Sequence record: NC_028950.1
Direction: 5' to 3' (one strand)
DNA: 64,000 bases
Position 1 is the first letter of the stretch. Each line of letters opens with the position of its first letter. The position numbers were made by a program, and so were the translations under genes. This document shows positions 19,238 to 28,924 of the stretch, piece after piece. A model generated the notes under the pieces. That model had not been told where the DNA came from, did not search any database, and saw only the letters and a program-made list of their open reading frames with translations.

Positions 19238-19834
19238 TTACCAGAGACCGTAACCAGAAGGCGTATACTTAGGCGTTGCTTGCCAGTCCACAACCGTAAA
19301 GCCATTGGAACCATACGGACTACAGACCATCGGCCACCAAGTCGATTGACCAGGACAGTAGGTAGCCAGGTTAATGTTTCCTTCGTTCGTGCCGTTGCGG
19401 TAGTAAGTCAAAATTTTGTTATCGAGATCTACAGCGGCACCAACATAATCACCTTGGGTAAAACCCGTTACGCCATAAGCAACACGGTTGTTATTGCCGT
19501 AGATAAGCGAACTTGTCGGGTTGCTGCAATACCAGTAAATTTCACCAGTAGCAGTCGTCCAAGGTGTCGTTATCAAGCCAGTCGAAGCAGTCCCTAAGCC
19601 GATGAGCGGACTATAACTGATGCTACCTTCGAACTGAGTTGCGATGATTTCGAAATAGTACTTGCCTGAGTTCCTCGACAGCGTCGCCTTTACCGCCTGA
19701 CCGTAAGGCGAAATGGTGGCTCGAAGATTATTATTCGAAAGCGTTACCTGAGTGCCTTTGTTATTCGGATCCCAGGTCGTAGCGGTTGACGCTACTACGA
19801 CTTTCTTTTTTAAGAGTAGTGTGGATGCTAACAT
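19238..19834 (-). CDS. SPRY/B30.2 (concanavalin-like) domain protein, probable tail-fibre/baseplate accessory
   Basis: TWDPNNKG...TLSNNNLRAT...GKYYFEI...GAAVDLDNKILTYYRNG pattern; tandem paralog of the next gene. Confidence 0.75.
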   Translation of the reverse strand: MLASTLLLKKKVVVASTATTWDPNNKGTQVTLSNNNLRATISPYGQAVKATLSRNSGKYYFEIIATQFEGSISYSPLIGLGTASTGLITTPWTTATGEIYWYCSNPTSSLIYGNNNRVAYGVTGFTQGDYVGAAVDLDNKILTYYRNGTNEGNINLATYCPGQSTWWPMVCSPYGSNGFTVVDWQATPKYTPSGYGLW

Positions 19835-19837
19835 AGA

Positions 19838-20428
19838 TCACCAGAGTCCATAGCCTGCTGGGCAATATTTCGGCTGTGCCTGCCAATCAACAATAGTCGG
19901 ATTACCAGCCTGACCGTTAGGGGAAGCTACGACTGGGTAGAAGACCGTGCCCGCCGAATAAGTAGCGTAATTAAGAAGACCCTGCGAAACACCGTTCTTG
20001 ATCCAGTAGACTGTCTTGGCATCCATGTCAAGAGCCACTCCGACAATATCGCCTTGGACCGGATAGTTACCGTACTGAATCCGCAGGTTCGACGAGTAGA
20101 TAAACTGCGAATAAGCTCCGCCGCCGTAATACCAGAACATTTCATAGGTGTTAGTGTTCCATGGCGACGTGAATGGAGTGGTGGTCGTACCAAGCCCAAC
20201 CATCGGCATGTAAAGGGGGTTTGTGCCTTCCCACTGCGTCAGCTTAACCTCGTAATACCATTTTCCTGAAGTCTTGGAGAGTGTCGCAAAACATGCGCCG
20301 CCGGTCGTTCCACAATTCGCACGCAAGTTACCGTTTGATACAGTAACAGAAGAAGCCTTAAGTGTCGGGCTGAATGTCGTAGTGGTCGACTGAATCTTCT
20401 TCTTTAAAAGCAGTGATGATTCAAGCAT
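19838..20428 (-). CDS. SPRY/B30.2 domain protein, paralog 2
   Basis: MLESSLLLKKK start (ATG 20428); GKWYYEV, GVALDMDAKTVYWIKNG; C-terminus WQAQPKYCPAGYGLW matches the paralog. Confidence 0.75.
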   Translation of the reverse strand: MLESSLLLKKKIQSTTTTFSPTLKASSVTVSNGNLRANCGTTGGACFATLSKTSGKWYYEVKLTQWEGTNPLYMPMVGLGTTTTPFTSPWNTNTYEMFWYYGGGAYSQFIYSSNLRIQYGNYPVQGDIVGVALDMDAKTVYWIKNGVSQGLLNYATYSAGTVFYPVVASPNGQAGNPTIVDWQAQPKYCPAGYGLW

Positions 20429-20460
20429 AAGAAGCCCAGTATAATTTGTCAAAAGTCATA

Positions 20461-20495
20461 GGATCGCATCAGGGCTTGCGCCCTGATGCGAGTCC
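20461..20495 (-). terminator. Hairpin (GCAA loop on minus strand) followed by TATG
   Basis: ggatcgcatcagggc-ttgc-gccctgatgcgagtcc; cata at 20457. Confidence 0.7.
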
Positions 20496-20496
20496 G

Positions 20497-21192
20497 TTAA
20501 CCGATGTACTGGATGATGTTGTCGACCGACTTCTGTACTTCACTGATCGAGCGAGTTGCGTCAATAGTGAAAAGCGGTCCTGCTTCCTGCAACATGCGCT
20601 GACTGAACTGTGCACGGAAGTTCTGGATGAGATTCTCGAAGAATTCATCCGGCTTGGTTTCGAAGGCGTCTTTCACATCGCCGGCTGCTTTCACACGCTC
20701 GTCAACACGAGCACGGGACGTTGCCAGATCGATGTCCAGAAAGATCGTGGCGTAACCCTTGATCTGGTTGTAGAGCCATGCACGCTGACTGAGCGGATAG
20801 TTCGCCAGGATGTTGGGCAGATTCAGATGGTAGTCAAACATCTGATCACAGAGCTTCTTAGGGATTCCCTGCGTGAAGTGCTGGTATGCCCACGTCGTGT
20901 CGTTCCAACGGTCACTGATGACCACCTGGCCAGCCAGAAGGGCAGGTATGATGGTCTCGGTCAGAACACGACGACGCAGATACAGAATGCACGACAAAAC
21001 AGCCGGCATCGGGATTTTTTGATGGATCCATGCGTCTCGCATGAACGATGCTTCTTCGTCTTTCGGATAGGCCGCGACGACGACGTTCGGAATACCTTTT
21101 TCGCTCAGGTATTCGCCGATGTATTTCGAGATGCTGCTCTTACCGGAACCATCGATACCTTCGACGGTCCAGAAACGATTATCGCTAGCCAT
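20497..21192 (-). CDS. tmk: Thymidylate (dTMP) kinase
   Basis: P-loop VEGIDGSGKSS; VISDRWNDTTWAYQ; IFLDIDLATSRARV; DAFE motif. Confidence 0.9.
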   Translation of the reverse strand: MASDNRFWTVEGIDGSGKSSISKYIGEYLSEKGIPNVVVAAYPKDEEASFMRDAWIHQKIPMPAVLSCILYLRRRVLTETIIPALLAGQVVISDRWNDTTWAYQHFTQGIPKKLCDQMFDYHLNLPNILANYPLSQRAWLYNQIKGYATIFLDIDLATSRARVDERVKAAGDVKDAFETKPDEFFENLIQNFRAQFSQRMLQEAGPLFTIDATRSISEVQKSVDNIIQYIG

Positions 21193-21246
21193 GTATGCCT
21201 CTTAGGTTTAGGGAGATACCAATGTATCTCCCTACCCAGTTTCTTT

Positions 21247-22239
21247 TTAGATACGTTCCAACACAGGACGCCAGTAGAACGAGGTTGCGTAGTTACCGGT
21301 TTTCGTGTAACCCGGCGTATACGAACTGCCGGTATAATTACCACGCTGGATATGTGTCGATGCAGTCACGAGTTCTTGAAGAATCATGTCCGTGACCATT
21401 CCAATATAGGTCGTCGACGCGTTATATGCCAGCGTGGTATCGAGCGCCTGCCAGTTTCTTCCCTTCTGACTAATCGGCGTCCAACTCAGCATTTTGTAAA
21501 TGAGATCGTTCCATTCCGAACCGGAAAGATCGAGCTGGGTGTCGTATGTGTCAGCGGTATAATAACCAGTCGTCAGCGATGAAACAGCCGGATTGTTTGC
21601 CGTCGTAAATGCGGCAGTGAATGGGGTATTGGGCCCGACGCCCGTCGGCAATCGAACTTTGAAATTCGAGCCATTGACGTTAATCACTTTCAGCTGATTG
21701 ACGCCAGTCAAAGTGTTGTAATCGCGCGGACCGATGTCATTCGTTCCGTAGACCAGACCAGCATTATAAAGTGCCGTCCAGGTTGTTTGTCCGATCGGCT
21801 GCAGGGGCATGAACAATGTCTTGCCCTTGAATGCAAATTTGAGCCAGTTCTGAGACCCATAGGGGTTCTTCGCAGTGATTGCAATACCGGACCAGGCAAT
21901 AAAAGCATCCCAGGATATGAAGTCCACTGCCTGAACAATACCGTAAAAACCAGCCGTCAGATCGCCATACTGAAGCGTCTGAGGTCCAGGACCGCTATAC
22001 GTCGTCGCAGTGGCTGGAATATTGGCGCTCAGAATGTGGTCGGTGCCATTGTAGACATCGAACATGTAGTAGTAGGTCGTACCCGCTACTACGTTCGTAT
22101 CGGTATACTGCGTGGCATTTCCCGCAATAGTGTCGTACACTGCAGGAAGATTGTTCGGATCGATTGCAGCAGTCGATCGATAGACACGAATTCCTTGAGC
22201 TACGGAATTGATGTTCGTAAAACTGATTTGAATTTGCAT
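21247..22239 (-). CDS. Virion structural/tail protein: N-terminal FN3-like domain plus GPGPQ-L-GD family domain
   Basis: IRVYRS...YTDTNVVAGTTYYY then GPGPQTLQYGDLTAGFYG, WLKFAFKGKTLF, C-terminal WRPVLE. Confidence 0.75.
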   Translation of the reverse strand: MQIQISFTNINSVAQGIRVYRSTAAIDPNNLPAVYDTIAGNATQYTDTNVVAGTTYYYMFDVYNGTDHILSANIPATATTYSGPGPQTLQYGDLTAGFYGIVQAVDFISWDAFIAWSGIAITAKNPYGSQNWLKFAFKGKTLFMPLQPIGQTTWTALYNAGLVYGTNDIGPRDYNTLTGVNQLKVINVNGSNFKVRLPTGVGPNTPFTAAFTTANNPAVSSLTTGYYTADTYDTQLDLSGSEWNDLIYKMLSWTPISQKGRNWQALDTTLAYNASTTYIGMVTDMILQELVTASTHIQRGNYTGSSYTPGYTKTGNYATSFYWRPVLERI

Positions 22240-22248
22240 TTCTAATCC

Positions 22249-23262
22249 TTACAGAACCAGTTCCAGAACTTGACGCCATCCGCCATAGATGTTGGATACA
22301 CCCAAGGCGTTCCAGAGAGTAGTGCCAGCGTAGCCAGCCGTTACGGCCATATTCGACAATGACCCCGGGTATACTGGCAAAACGTTGGTGGCGCGACCAC
22401 CGCGCAGCAAGCCCAGATTGGCGTTAGTAAACCCGGAAGTCTGCTGACAGTGTTCCGTGATACCGTACGACGCACCCATAGCCGGATAAAGATCCCAGTC
22501 TTGGCGACCCAATACATTGTTGGTCACGTCCCCGGTATACTTTATCGGCGACATGAACGACCCCAAAATGTCGTCGTATTCGTTCGTGGGGAGTGCCGCA
22601 GCGCCAGTAAGAGCTACGTTTGCCGGTAGTGCAGCATTATCAGGCAACCCTTTCAGAATTCGAGGAATCAGGGTAAAGCCGTTGATGGTCTGCGGATGAT
22701 ATTGATTCGTGGCGGTTGCACCGCCAGGGACCAAAAGACCATTATCGTTGGTGCCGAAAACAGCGCCGGCAGAATACAGGGTGGTGTAAGCGATGTTGTA
22801 CTTATACATCGTACGTGCGACGAAAAGTACTTTGCCCTTATAGGCGACTTTCAGCCAATCCAAATCGTTCGTCAAGGCCGTACCAGCAGTACTGAGGCCG
22901 AGTGCAGTTCCCAGGTTGGCATAGCTGATAAGATCGCTGGTAGATTTCGCATAACCGAAATAGCCCAGATCCCAGTCACCGGAAATAAGCTTCTGAGGAC
23001 CCGGACCCGTGTCTGCTGCAGCGACTGCGCGGAAGGCACGGTTCGGCGTCAGCGTTTCGTCAGTACCCTTGAAGATACCGACGCGATAGTAGTACTTGTT
23101 GCCGCGTACTACGGTTGCGTCAACATAAGACGTAGATCCTGCTGCGATGGTTGCGAGAGGTGCGGGCATGCTGGCGTCGAGCATAGGCGTATCACTACGA
23201 TACACGTGAACGCCGTCTTCAGTTCCGCCGTTGTAATTGTCAAATGTAATTGTAATATCCAT
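22249..23262 (-). CDS. Virion structural/tail protein, paralog 2
   Basis: VHVYRS...YVDATVVRGNKYYY; GPGPQKLISGDWDLGYFG; WLKVAYKGKVLF; WRQVLE. Confidence 0.75.
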   Translation of the reverse strand: MDITITFDNYNGGTEDGVHVYRSDTPMLDASMPAPLATIAAGSTSYVDATVVRGNKYYYRVGIFKGTDETLTPNRAFRAVAAADTGPGPQKLISGDWDLGYFGYAKSTSDLISYANLGTALGLSTAGTALTNDLDWLKVAYKGKVLFVARTMYKYNIAYTTLYSAGAVFGTNDNGLLVPGGATATNQYHPQTINGFTLIPRILKGLPDNAALPANVALTGAAALPTNEYDDILGSFMSPIKYTGDVTNNVLGRQDWDLYPAMGASYGITEHCQQTSGFTNANLGLLRGGRATNVLPVYPGSLSNMAVTAGYAGTTLWNALGVSNIYGGWRQVLELVL

Positions 23263-23270
23263 GGTTCATC

Positions 23271-24299
23271 TCAAGGATTGAATGTGTAACCGACATTGGC
23301 GCTTCTCTTCAGAGCTACATCAACCGGGACGATGGTCTGAAGTCGGGAAATCGGGGTATTGACTGTTGGAGTCGGATTAGAAGTCTTCGTAACGATAACC
23401 GTCGAAGGCACAATCGCAGACAGTCGTTTAAGCGAAGTCGACAATGTAGCAACAGCCGCTTGAGTAGCAGAAGCTACAAGAGGCGGGGCGTTGTTGACGC
23501 TAACAGTCGAAGGACGGATCGTGAAAAGCTGGTTCGCAGGAACCAGCTCAAGCACAGGTCGATACAGTGCCGAATAAATAGGCGACCGAGCTCCCAGAAC
23601 GTATCCGGAAATACCCGTCGTACTGACCGTTGTGTTGTAGTGGAAAAGCGGTGCTCCGTTCGGATAAGTCGTGTTGACCAGGTTTTCCCGGTTGACTTCG
23701 CCAATAGCACTCGTTCCCAACATGTCCGAAGATAGAAACTGTTCGAACTTCTGTTCCGTGTAAAGCGAGAAAGAGATGTTGCAGCAACGATACAAGAGTT
23801 CCGTAAACATCGAAGAACGTCTCGGAGTCGTATCGGTACTCGTTCCGACAGTCTGAGTCGGTGTCGGATTCGCGTCGCCCGTGACGGTACGAATTTTGAA
23901 TTTGTAAGGTCCTTTGTTAAGGAACCTCAGCTGCCAGGTCGGATAGGCTACACCAGGTGCGCCAACACTATCGACGCCTGCGAGCATGCCTGCCGCATAC
24001 AGACCAGCCCAACTCGTAATGCTTCCAGAAGCTGATGCGTAGAAAATCGGATACTTTTTGATGAACAGATATTTGCCGTAGTACAAGAACTTCAACCACG
24101 GAGTGTTATCGTTCGATATGGTAGCAGCAGCCAGTTCGGGAATTTGGGCAACAATATCTGCAGCGGAGAACAGATCGGTATTTGAGACCTGACCGAAGTA
24201 TCCAACAGTACTGTCACCTCCCGCGAGCGTCTGCGGTCCCGGTCCGGAATCAGAGTAAATCTGCTTACTCTTGCCGGCGGCCAGCATGGGTTCTAACAT
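23271..24299 (-). CDS. Virion structural/tail protein, paralog 3 (no FN3 domain, Ser/Thr-rich C-tail)
   Basis: GPGPQTLAGGDSTVGYFG; WLKFLYYGKYLF; YRPVLE. Confidence 0.75.
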   Translation of the reverse strand: MLEPMLAAGKSKQIYSDSGPGPQTLAGGDSTVGYFGQVSNTDLFSAADIVAQIPELAAATISNDNTPWLKFLYYGKYLFIKKYPIFYASASGSITSWAGLYAAGMLAGVDSVGAPGVAYPTWQLRFLNKGPYKFKIRTVTGDANPTPTQTVGTSTDTTPRRSSMFTELLYRCCNISFSLYTEQKFEQFLSSDMLGTSAIGEVNRENLVNTTYPNGAPLFHYNTTVSTTGISGYVLGARSPIYSALYRPVLELVPANQLFTIRPSTVSVNNAPPLVASATQAAVATLSTSLKRLSAIVPSTVIVTKTSNPTPTVNTPISRLQTIVPVDVALKRSANVGYTFNP

Positions 24300-24320
24300 T
24301 ATCGCTCCAATTAAGGCAAC

Positions 24321-24345
24321 TACATCAGGCTTTTGGCCTGATGTA
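24321..24345. terminator. 10-bp hairpin upstream of the tail cassette
   Basis: tacatcaggc-ttttg-gcctgatgta. Confidence 0.45.
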
Positions 24346-24387
24346 ATTATTTTTACAAAGCCAAACTATCTGTTCGCTACGGCAAAA

Positions 24388-24422
24388 AAGCAAAAAAAAA
24401 TCCCCGGTGGTTAGCCGGGGAT
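24388..24422 (-). terminator. Intrinsic terminator with U-tract
   Basis: atccccgg-tggttag-ccggggat preceded by an A-run on the plus strand. Confidence 0.75.
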
Positions 24423-24441
24423 AATCACGCGCCGCCGAGGG

Positions 24442-25209
24442 CTACACGCGACGCATGTAGAGACTCAGGGGCACGTAGGACGGATTCACGAAGCGGTACA
24501 TTGCTGCACGCGCTTGTTCTTTACGACGGATTTCATCTGCCTGATGGAGCAGGGAATCGAGCTCGCTTTGGTTGCGAGCCGTACCCATCCATTTGCTACC
24601 GCCATCTTCGACAGACGAATAGCCAACGCCGACATGACCGTTGTCATACGTTCTGACAAACACGCCGTCAGGCACCAGCAGATCTTCGACGAGCAACTGG
24701 TGATTCCGATTGTACTTCACCGGATACCAGAGATTCTTATTGACTTCGTCTGTCAGGAAACGCAGATTGTCGAAGTAGTAGTTCGCGGCTTCGAGGACCA
24801 TCAGCTTGTAGTCGGTATTCCAGAAATCTTTCGCAAGTTCCGTTCCGCCGAATACCCGGATGTAGACTTTGCGCTGACCACGTTGCTGAACCACCATCTT
24901 CGAAGGAAGGATGAAAACGCCATGGCCAGGAATGACCTTGACGCCTTCTTCCTTTTTATCGAACAGCTGCCGCAACTTACCGCGGCTGCTGAACGCCTTC
25001 GATTGACCGAGCGCGACATTGTATTCGCGGAAAGCCTCGGCCGATACTTCTTCGTCCACGATGGGCGTGAACACGTGGCTTTGGCGAATGCTATTCACAC
25101 GCCACGCTTTATCGCCACGACCAATGTTGATCATGGACAGATCCGAATCGATCGGGAATTCACGATTCAGAATACGCACTACATTTTTGCCGACGGAGAT
25201 TTGTTGCAT
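24442..25209 (-). CDS. Hypothetical protein (255 aa), probable early gene
   Basis: AGGA RBS; downstream of an early-promoter-like motif; U-tract terminator after it. Confidence 0.7.
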   Translation of the reverse strand: MQQISVGKNVVRILNREFPIDSDLSMINIGRGDKAWRVNSIRQSHVFTPIVDEEVSAEAFREYNVALGQSKAFSSRGKLRQLFDKKEEGVKVIPGHGVFILPSKMVVQQRGQRKVYIRVFGGTELAKDFWNTDYKLMVLEAANYYFDNLRFLTDEVNKNLWYPVKYNRNHQLLVEDLLVPDGVFVRTYDNGHVGVGYSSVEDGGSKWMGTARNQSELDSLLHQADEIRRKEQARAAMYRFVNPSYVPLSLYMRRV

Positions 25210-25245
25210 GTCGATTTTATCCTAACTAAATTTTGAAGTTGAAGC

Positions 25246-25983
25246 TTAAGCGGCGTGGGAGCCGATTTCCTCAGAGTTTGCTGCTTCCTGGCTTTCGTCG
25301 GATGCAGCCTTTTGGCGAGCCTTGATGATGCAGATCGCCATGTCCACGGCCACCAGAAAGTGAGCGTGGGAAGTTGTGTACGGATTCTTCGGAACAGAAA
25401 CCGTACTTGCCAACCGTCGCGGATCGCCAGCTTCTTCATAGCTTTCCAGCGGCGCGGTCGTCTGATACGCGTCGATCATTTCCTTGGTAGCGGCAATGAC
25501 CGAATCAACCCAGACATACTTCTTTTTCCATGCAGCCTTGTAATAGCGCTTGGCGTCTTCCACGCTATAGCCGGCTTCGGCAAGCGTCGTCAGACAACCT
25601 TGTTCGAAAATCTCGCGAGTGCGAACGGACAGCGGGATTGCGACGATCGTTCGGCCGACTTCCTTTTCATCCTGCTTGCGGATGTTGACCCGGATGTCCC
25701 ATTCGCCGAGGCGATGCGGAACTCGACTCCAACCATGGAAGAATTGTACCAGGTCCTTCTGGCGTCCTTCCGAAACGATCTTCTCGATTTCTGCCACAGC
25801 CGCTTCATCAGCAGCCGATGCGAGAGGCAGAGGGGCTGCCCGATGAGCAGGGCGGTGCGTTGCGTGGTTATTTCCTCCACGGCTATATGCCGAGGTATGC
25901 GGCCGGTGGCGTTGGCCTTCTGTGGATTGGGGCGTATTCTTCTTGTTGCCGCCGAATCGATGTGCCATATTGAGATAAGTCAT
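25246..25983 (-). CDS. Hypothetical protein (245 aa) with basic His/Arg-rich disordered N-terminus, probable early gene
   Basis: Start moved to ATG 25983 (GGGAG RBS). Confidence 0.7.
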   Translation of the reverse strand: MTYLNMAHRFGGNKKNTPQSTEGQRHRPHTSAYSRGGNNHATHRPAHRAAPLPLASAADEAAVAEIEKIVSEGRQKDLVQFFHGWSRVPHRLGEWDIRVNIRKQDEKEVGRTIVAIPLSVRTREIFEQGCLTTLAEAGYSVEDAKRYYKAAWKKKYVWVDSVIAATKEMIDAYQTTAPLESYEEAGDPRRLASTVSVPKNPYTTSHAHFLVAVDMAICIIKARQKAASDESQEAANSEEIGSHAA

Positions 25984-26081
25984 GATGACTCCCAAGACAT
26001 AATTTTGGTAAGCGAGGAATTCGCTTGTTTTAACCAACAGAACTGAATCCGACAAAAGTTTTAGCCGGAAATTCATTTTGA

Positions 26082-26100
26082 TTATATATTGTTGATTTTT
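26082..26100 (-). promoter_or_regulatory. Early (virion RNAP) promoter-like motif
   Basis: Minus strand AAAAATCAACAATATATAA; same pattern as five other sites; resembles the phiKZ early consensus TATATTAC. Confidence 0.6.
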
Positions 26101-26177
26101 TCTGCATTATATCTGAACGCCACACAGATAAAAACATACATAGACCAATACCAGAAGCCTTGCGGCCTCTGGTATCG

Positions 26178-26701
26178 TCATTTCTTTGGCTGTTGATTAC
26201 TAGGCGTTTGGGCAAGCAACTTCTCCAACTTCTGAATGGCGCCGTTACCGGCACCAAGCAGCTTGGCGCTATGCTTCTTCGCCGAGTTAATCACCTTCAG
26301 GAAATCGCGTCGAGGATAACGAATCAACTCATCGAACGATAACCCGAAGATTTCATGCACCCGGTTTTCAGCAAACTGGTCGAGTCGGAAGTCAAGCGGG
26401 TCCACACGAGCCAGATCCTCAAGAGGCGAGCAGAACAACAGAGGCCATGGAACGGATTTGTCGTCCGGCGCATCGTGATTGTAGATGCCAAAAGCGGTTT
26501 CGTACTTCATCCGCATGAACAATTCCGCGTCCACCACGTTGGGCAGCTTGGTATTGGTCATGGCTTCCAGTATCACGTTGACCGGACTTCTTCCTCTGTC
26601 TTCTACTCTCGCCATCTCGGGTTCTAGTCCGATGTGTCCTCCAGACTCCTCGATGAGAGTCCAAGCAACTTCTGCTCGACCAGCTGAAAAAAAACCGAAA
26701 T
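26178..26701 (-). CDS. Probable frameshift-extension (GT/E'-like) part of the tail assembly chaperone; possible own ATG at 26615
   Basis: -1 frame is open from the T8C site at 26694-26686 to the stop at 26178; C-terminal FGLSFDELIRYPRRDF resembles T4 gp51/P2 E'-type segments. Confidence 0.6.
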
Positions 26702-28150
26702 CGCATCGACTGCGATCAGGCGCGGCCACTTGTCGCCAGACAGGGTGTCCTCGTACTCGTTGACCGAAGTCGTCGCAATGATTGCGACTTGCGTGTTGTT
26801 GATGTAGTCGCTGATCGCCTTGAAGAACTTCCGGGAGATCTCGTCGGATGCCGACAGGGACACGAGCACCTTGTCCACGTTTTCACGCGTGGTGTAGAGC
26901 TCACCATCTTCCTCGATCGACTTGACGTAGTGCGAATACTGGCGCAGACGGGAAGCCTTAGCCAACTGGCTAATGTACTGCATGCGCTTCTGATCGGTTG
27001 CATCTGCGCCGAGAGCTTCGTGAACCGCAGCGTTGATCTCGTTGATCCACTTTTCGCCGGAGTCGAAGTACTCTCGCAGGCTGGGCGTGTACAGATGCAG
27101 CTTCACGCCCGCGCCGATGTCGACAACCGTGTTCTGGTTGAAGACGAACTGGTCCTTGTAGTCCTTGATCGTCTTGAGCGTCATCGGCGATTCGATGCGC
27201 TTGACCAGGTGTGCCAGCTGCTCTTCCTTGAACATTTTGGCGTTCATGAAGAGCGACTTGCGCAGGTCGATGATCTGCGTCAGTTCTTCCTTCGGCAGCT
27301 TCGTATCTTCCGTGAAGACGGCCCGGGACATCGGGAAGCCATTCGGATAGATAGCGGATGCCACCGACAGAGCGATCAACGGCAGATCGTTCACGGTGAT
27401 GTGATCGACCAGGTTTTCCTTGGGCAGATCGCTGACGGTCGTTTCGACCATCGCCGCGACGAACGCTTCGAAAACAGCCTTGGCCGTGAAGACCGAGTTG
27501 TTCGCGAACATGAGACCATGCGTTGCCCGACCGAGCTTGATCGGTTCAGCGATGATGGTGCGCCACAGGCCGATGATGTCGTATTCTTCCAGCGGCTTCA
27601 CCGTCACGTAGAAGCCCGAACCGACGAGCGGAACCTGCACCGGCGAACCCAGACCCAGACGTGCACGAACCGAGAGGTTCAGACGTTCCGAGCTCATCCG
27701 CGAGCCACGACCCTTGTTCGAGAACTTGGGGCGGCCGATGTTGATGTTCTGTCCGGCGTACGACAGAGCGTTGCGCCATTCAGTATTCGGATCAGCCAGA
27801 GCGTCTTCGAACACGCCATGAGCGGGAACCGAGCGGAAGCCGTTGAGCAGCGTCTGATACCAGTTCACTGCATCTTCGTTGACGTCGACTTCGCCCATCT
27901 TGGTCGCCGACATGTCGTCGTTGATACGACTTGCCGAATCGGGCAGAAGGGGAACCAGGACGCCCTGGAATTCCTTCAGCTGTTCTTCACCGGGAGCAGG
28001 CGACATCAGGTCGGTCTTGCTTTCCCAGTTCTTGGCTTGCTTGGGCACCTCGACGGTTTGCGGGTCGATGCTGACCTGCGGTTCGTCGGGCATTTGAAGC
28101 TCGGGCTCGTCACCCGAGCCGCCCTGGTTGTCTTCAGGAGCGATTGCCAT
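26624..28150 (-). CDS. Probable tail/baseplate-hub assembly chaperone (phiKZ gp77-like; T4 gp26-like motif)
   Basis: 508 aa; high-expression codons; LGLGSPVQVPLVGSGFYVTVKPLEE motif; slippery TTTTTTTTC near the 3' end. Confidence 0.6.
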   Translation of the reverse strand: MAIAPEDNQGGSGDEPELQMPDEPQVSIDPQTVEVPKQAKNWESKTDLMSPAPGEEQLKEFQGVLVPLLPDSASRINDDMSATKMGEVDVNEDAVNWYQTLLNGFRSVPAHGVFEDALADPNTEWRNALSYAGQNINIGRPKFSNKGRGSRMSSERLNLSVRARLGLGSPVQVPLVGSGFYVTVKPLEEYDIIGLWRTIIAEPIKLGRATHGLMFANNSVFTAKAVFEAFVAAMVETTVSDLPKENLVDHITVNDLPLIALSVASAIYPNGFPMSRAVFTEDTKLPKEELTQIIDLRKSLFMNAKMFKEEQLAHLVKRIESPMTLKTIKDYKDQFVFNQNTVVDIGAGVKLHLYTPSLREYFDSGEKWINEINAAVHEALGADATDQKRMQYISQLAKASRLRQYSHYVKSIEEDGELYTTRENVDKVLVSLSASDEISRKFFKAISDYINNTQVAIIATTSVNEYEDTLSGDKWPRLIAVDAISVFFQLVEQKLLGLSSRSLEDTSD

Positions 28151-28162
28151 GTAGCTGGTTCC

Positions 28163-28924
28163 TTAGATGCTGATCAGACCAGCGCCGACGCGCGGATCCA
28201 CGTTGTTCGGTTCGACGTCTTTCGTCGTATCGATGTCGAAGTCGGTGGGGCGACGACCTTCTGCGGGCTGGTTGATGATTTCCGACGGCTTGAGTGCATC
28301 TTCGCCTTCGGCGCTGATGCCTTCCATGCCTTCGGCCGGAGCTTCGACTTCCTTCGCTGCTTGCGGAACATCGCCTTCGCCGAGGATTGCGAGTTCCGTG
28401 CCGGCTGCGCGCGCAGCTTCGATCTGCTCGACCGTCAGTGCGTCTTGCGCTTCGAGCAGCTGCTTGAGTGCCTTGTTGTAGATCACGTTCAGCGCGCCGA
28501 TGATCGGCTGGAAGCGGTTGAAGATGTCGATGTCGAATGCCTGGTACGCTTCGAAGATGCGGTACGCTTTCGAGAGCTCTTCGTAGCTCAGGCAGAGCTT
28601 GCGGATGTTGCCGTGGCTTTCCCAGAGTGCCTGGAATTCCTTGGCCATTTCGGCGACCGCCGGCTGGATCTTCGCGATCTCTGCGTCGAATGCTTCTTGA
28701 TCGCCGTTCTTGGCAATCTTCATCATCACGACGGGATGGTTGTACTGAGCGATCAGTTCAGCCAGCTTGTTGATGTTCTTCTGGCTGCGCAGATGAACTT
28801 CTTTCAGTTGATACCAGCAACGGGAGGTCTTCTCGCGATCGAACGACTTCTTACCGTTCGTCATGCCTGCTGCTGCACGGCGTTCTGCGTCTTTCTGACG
28901 ACGGCCTGCGGATTTCTGCGTCAT
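28163..28924 (-). CDS. Conserved hypothetical coiled-coil protein (phiKZ gp78 position)
   Basis: 253 aa; GGGGA RBS; high-expression codons. Confidence 0.7.
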   Translation of the reverse strand: MTQKSAGRRQKDAERRAAAGMTNGKKSFDREKTSRCWYQLKEVHLRSQKNINKLAELIAQYNHPVVMMKIAKNGDQEAFDAEIAKIQPAVAEMAKEFQALWESHGNIRKLCLSYEELSKAYRIFEAYQAFDIDIFNRFQPIIGALNVIYNKALKQLLEAQDALTVEQIEAARAAGTELAILGEGDVPQAAKEVEAPAEGMEGISAEGEDALKPSEIINQPAEGRRPTDFDIDTTKDVEPNNVDPRVGAGLISI

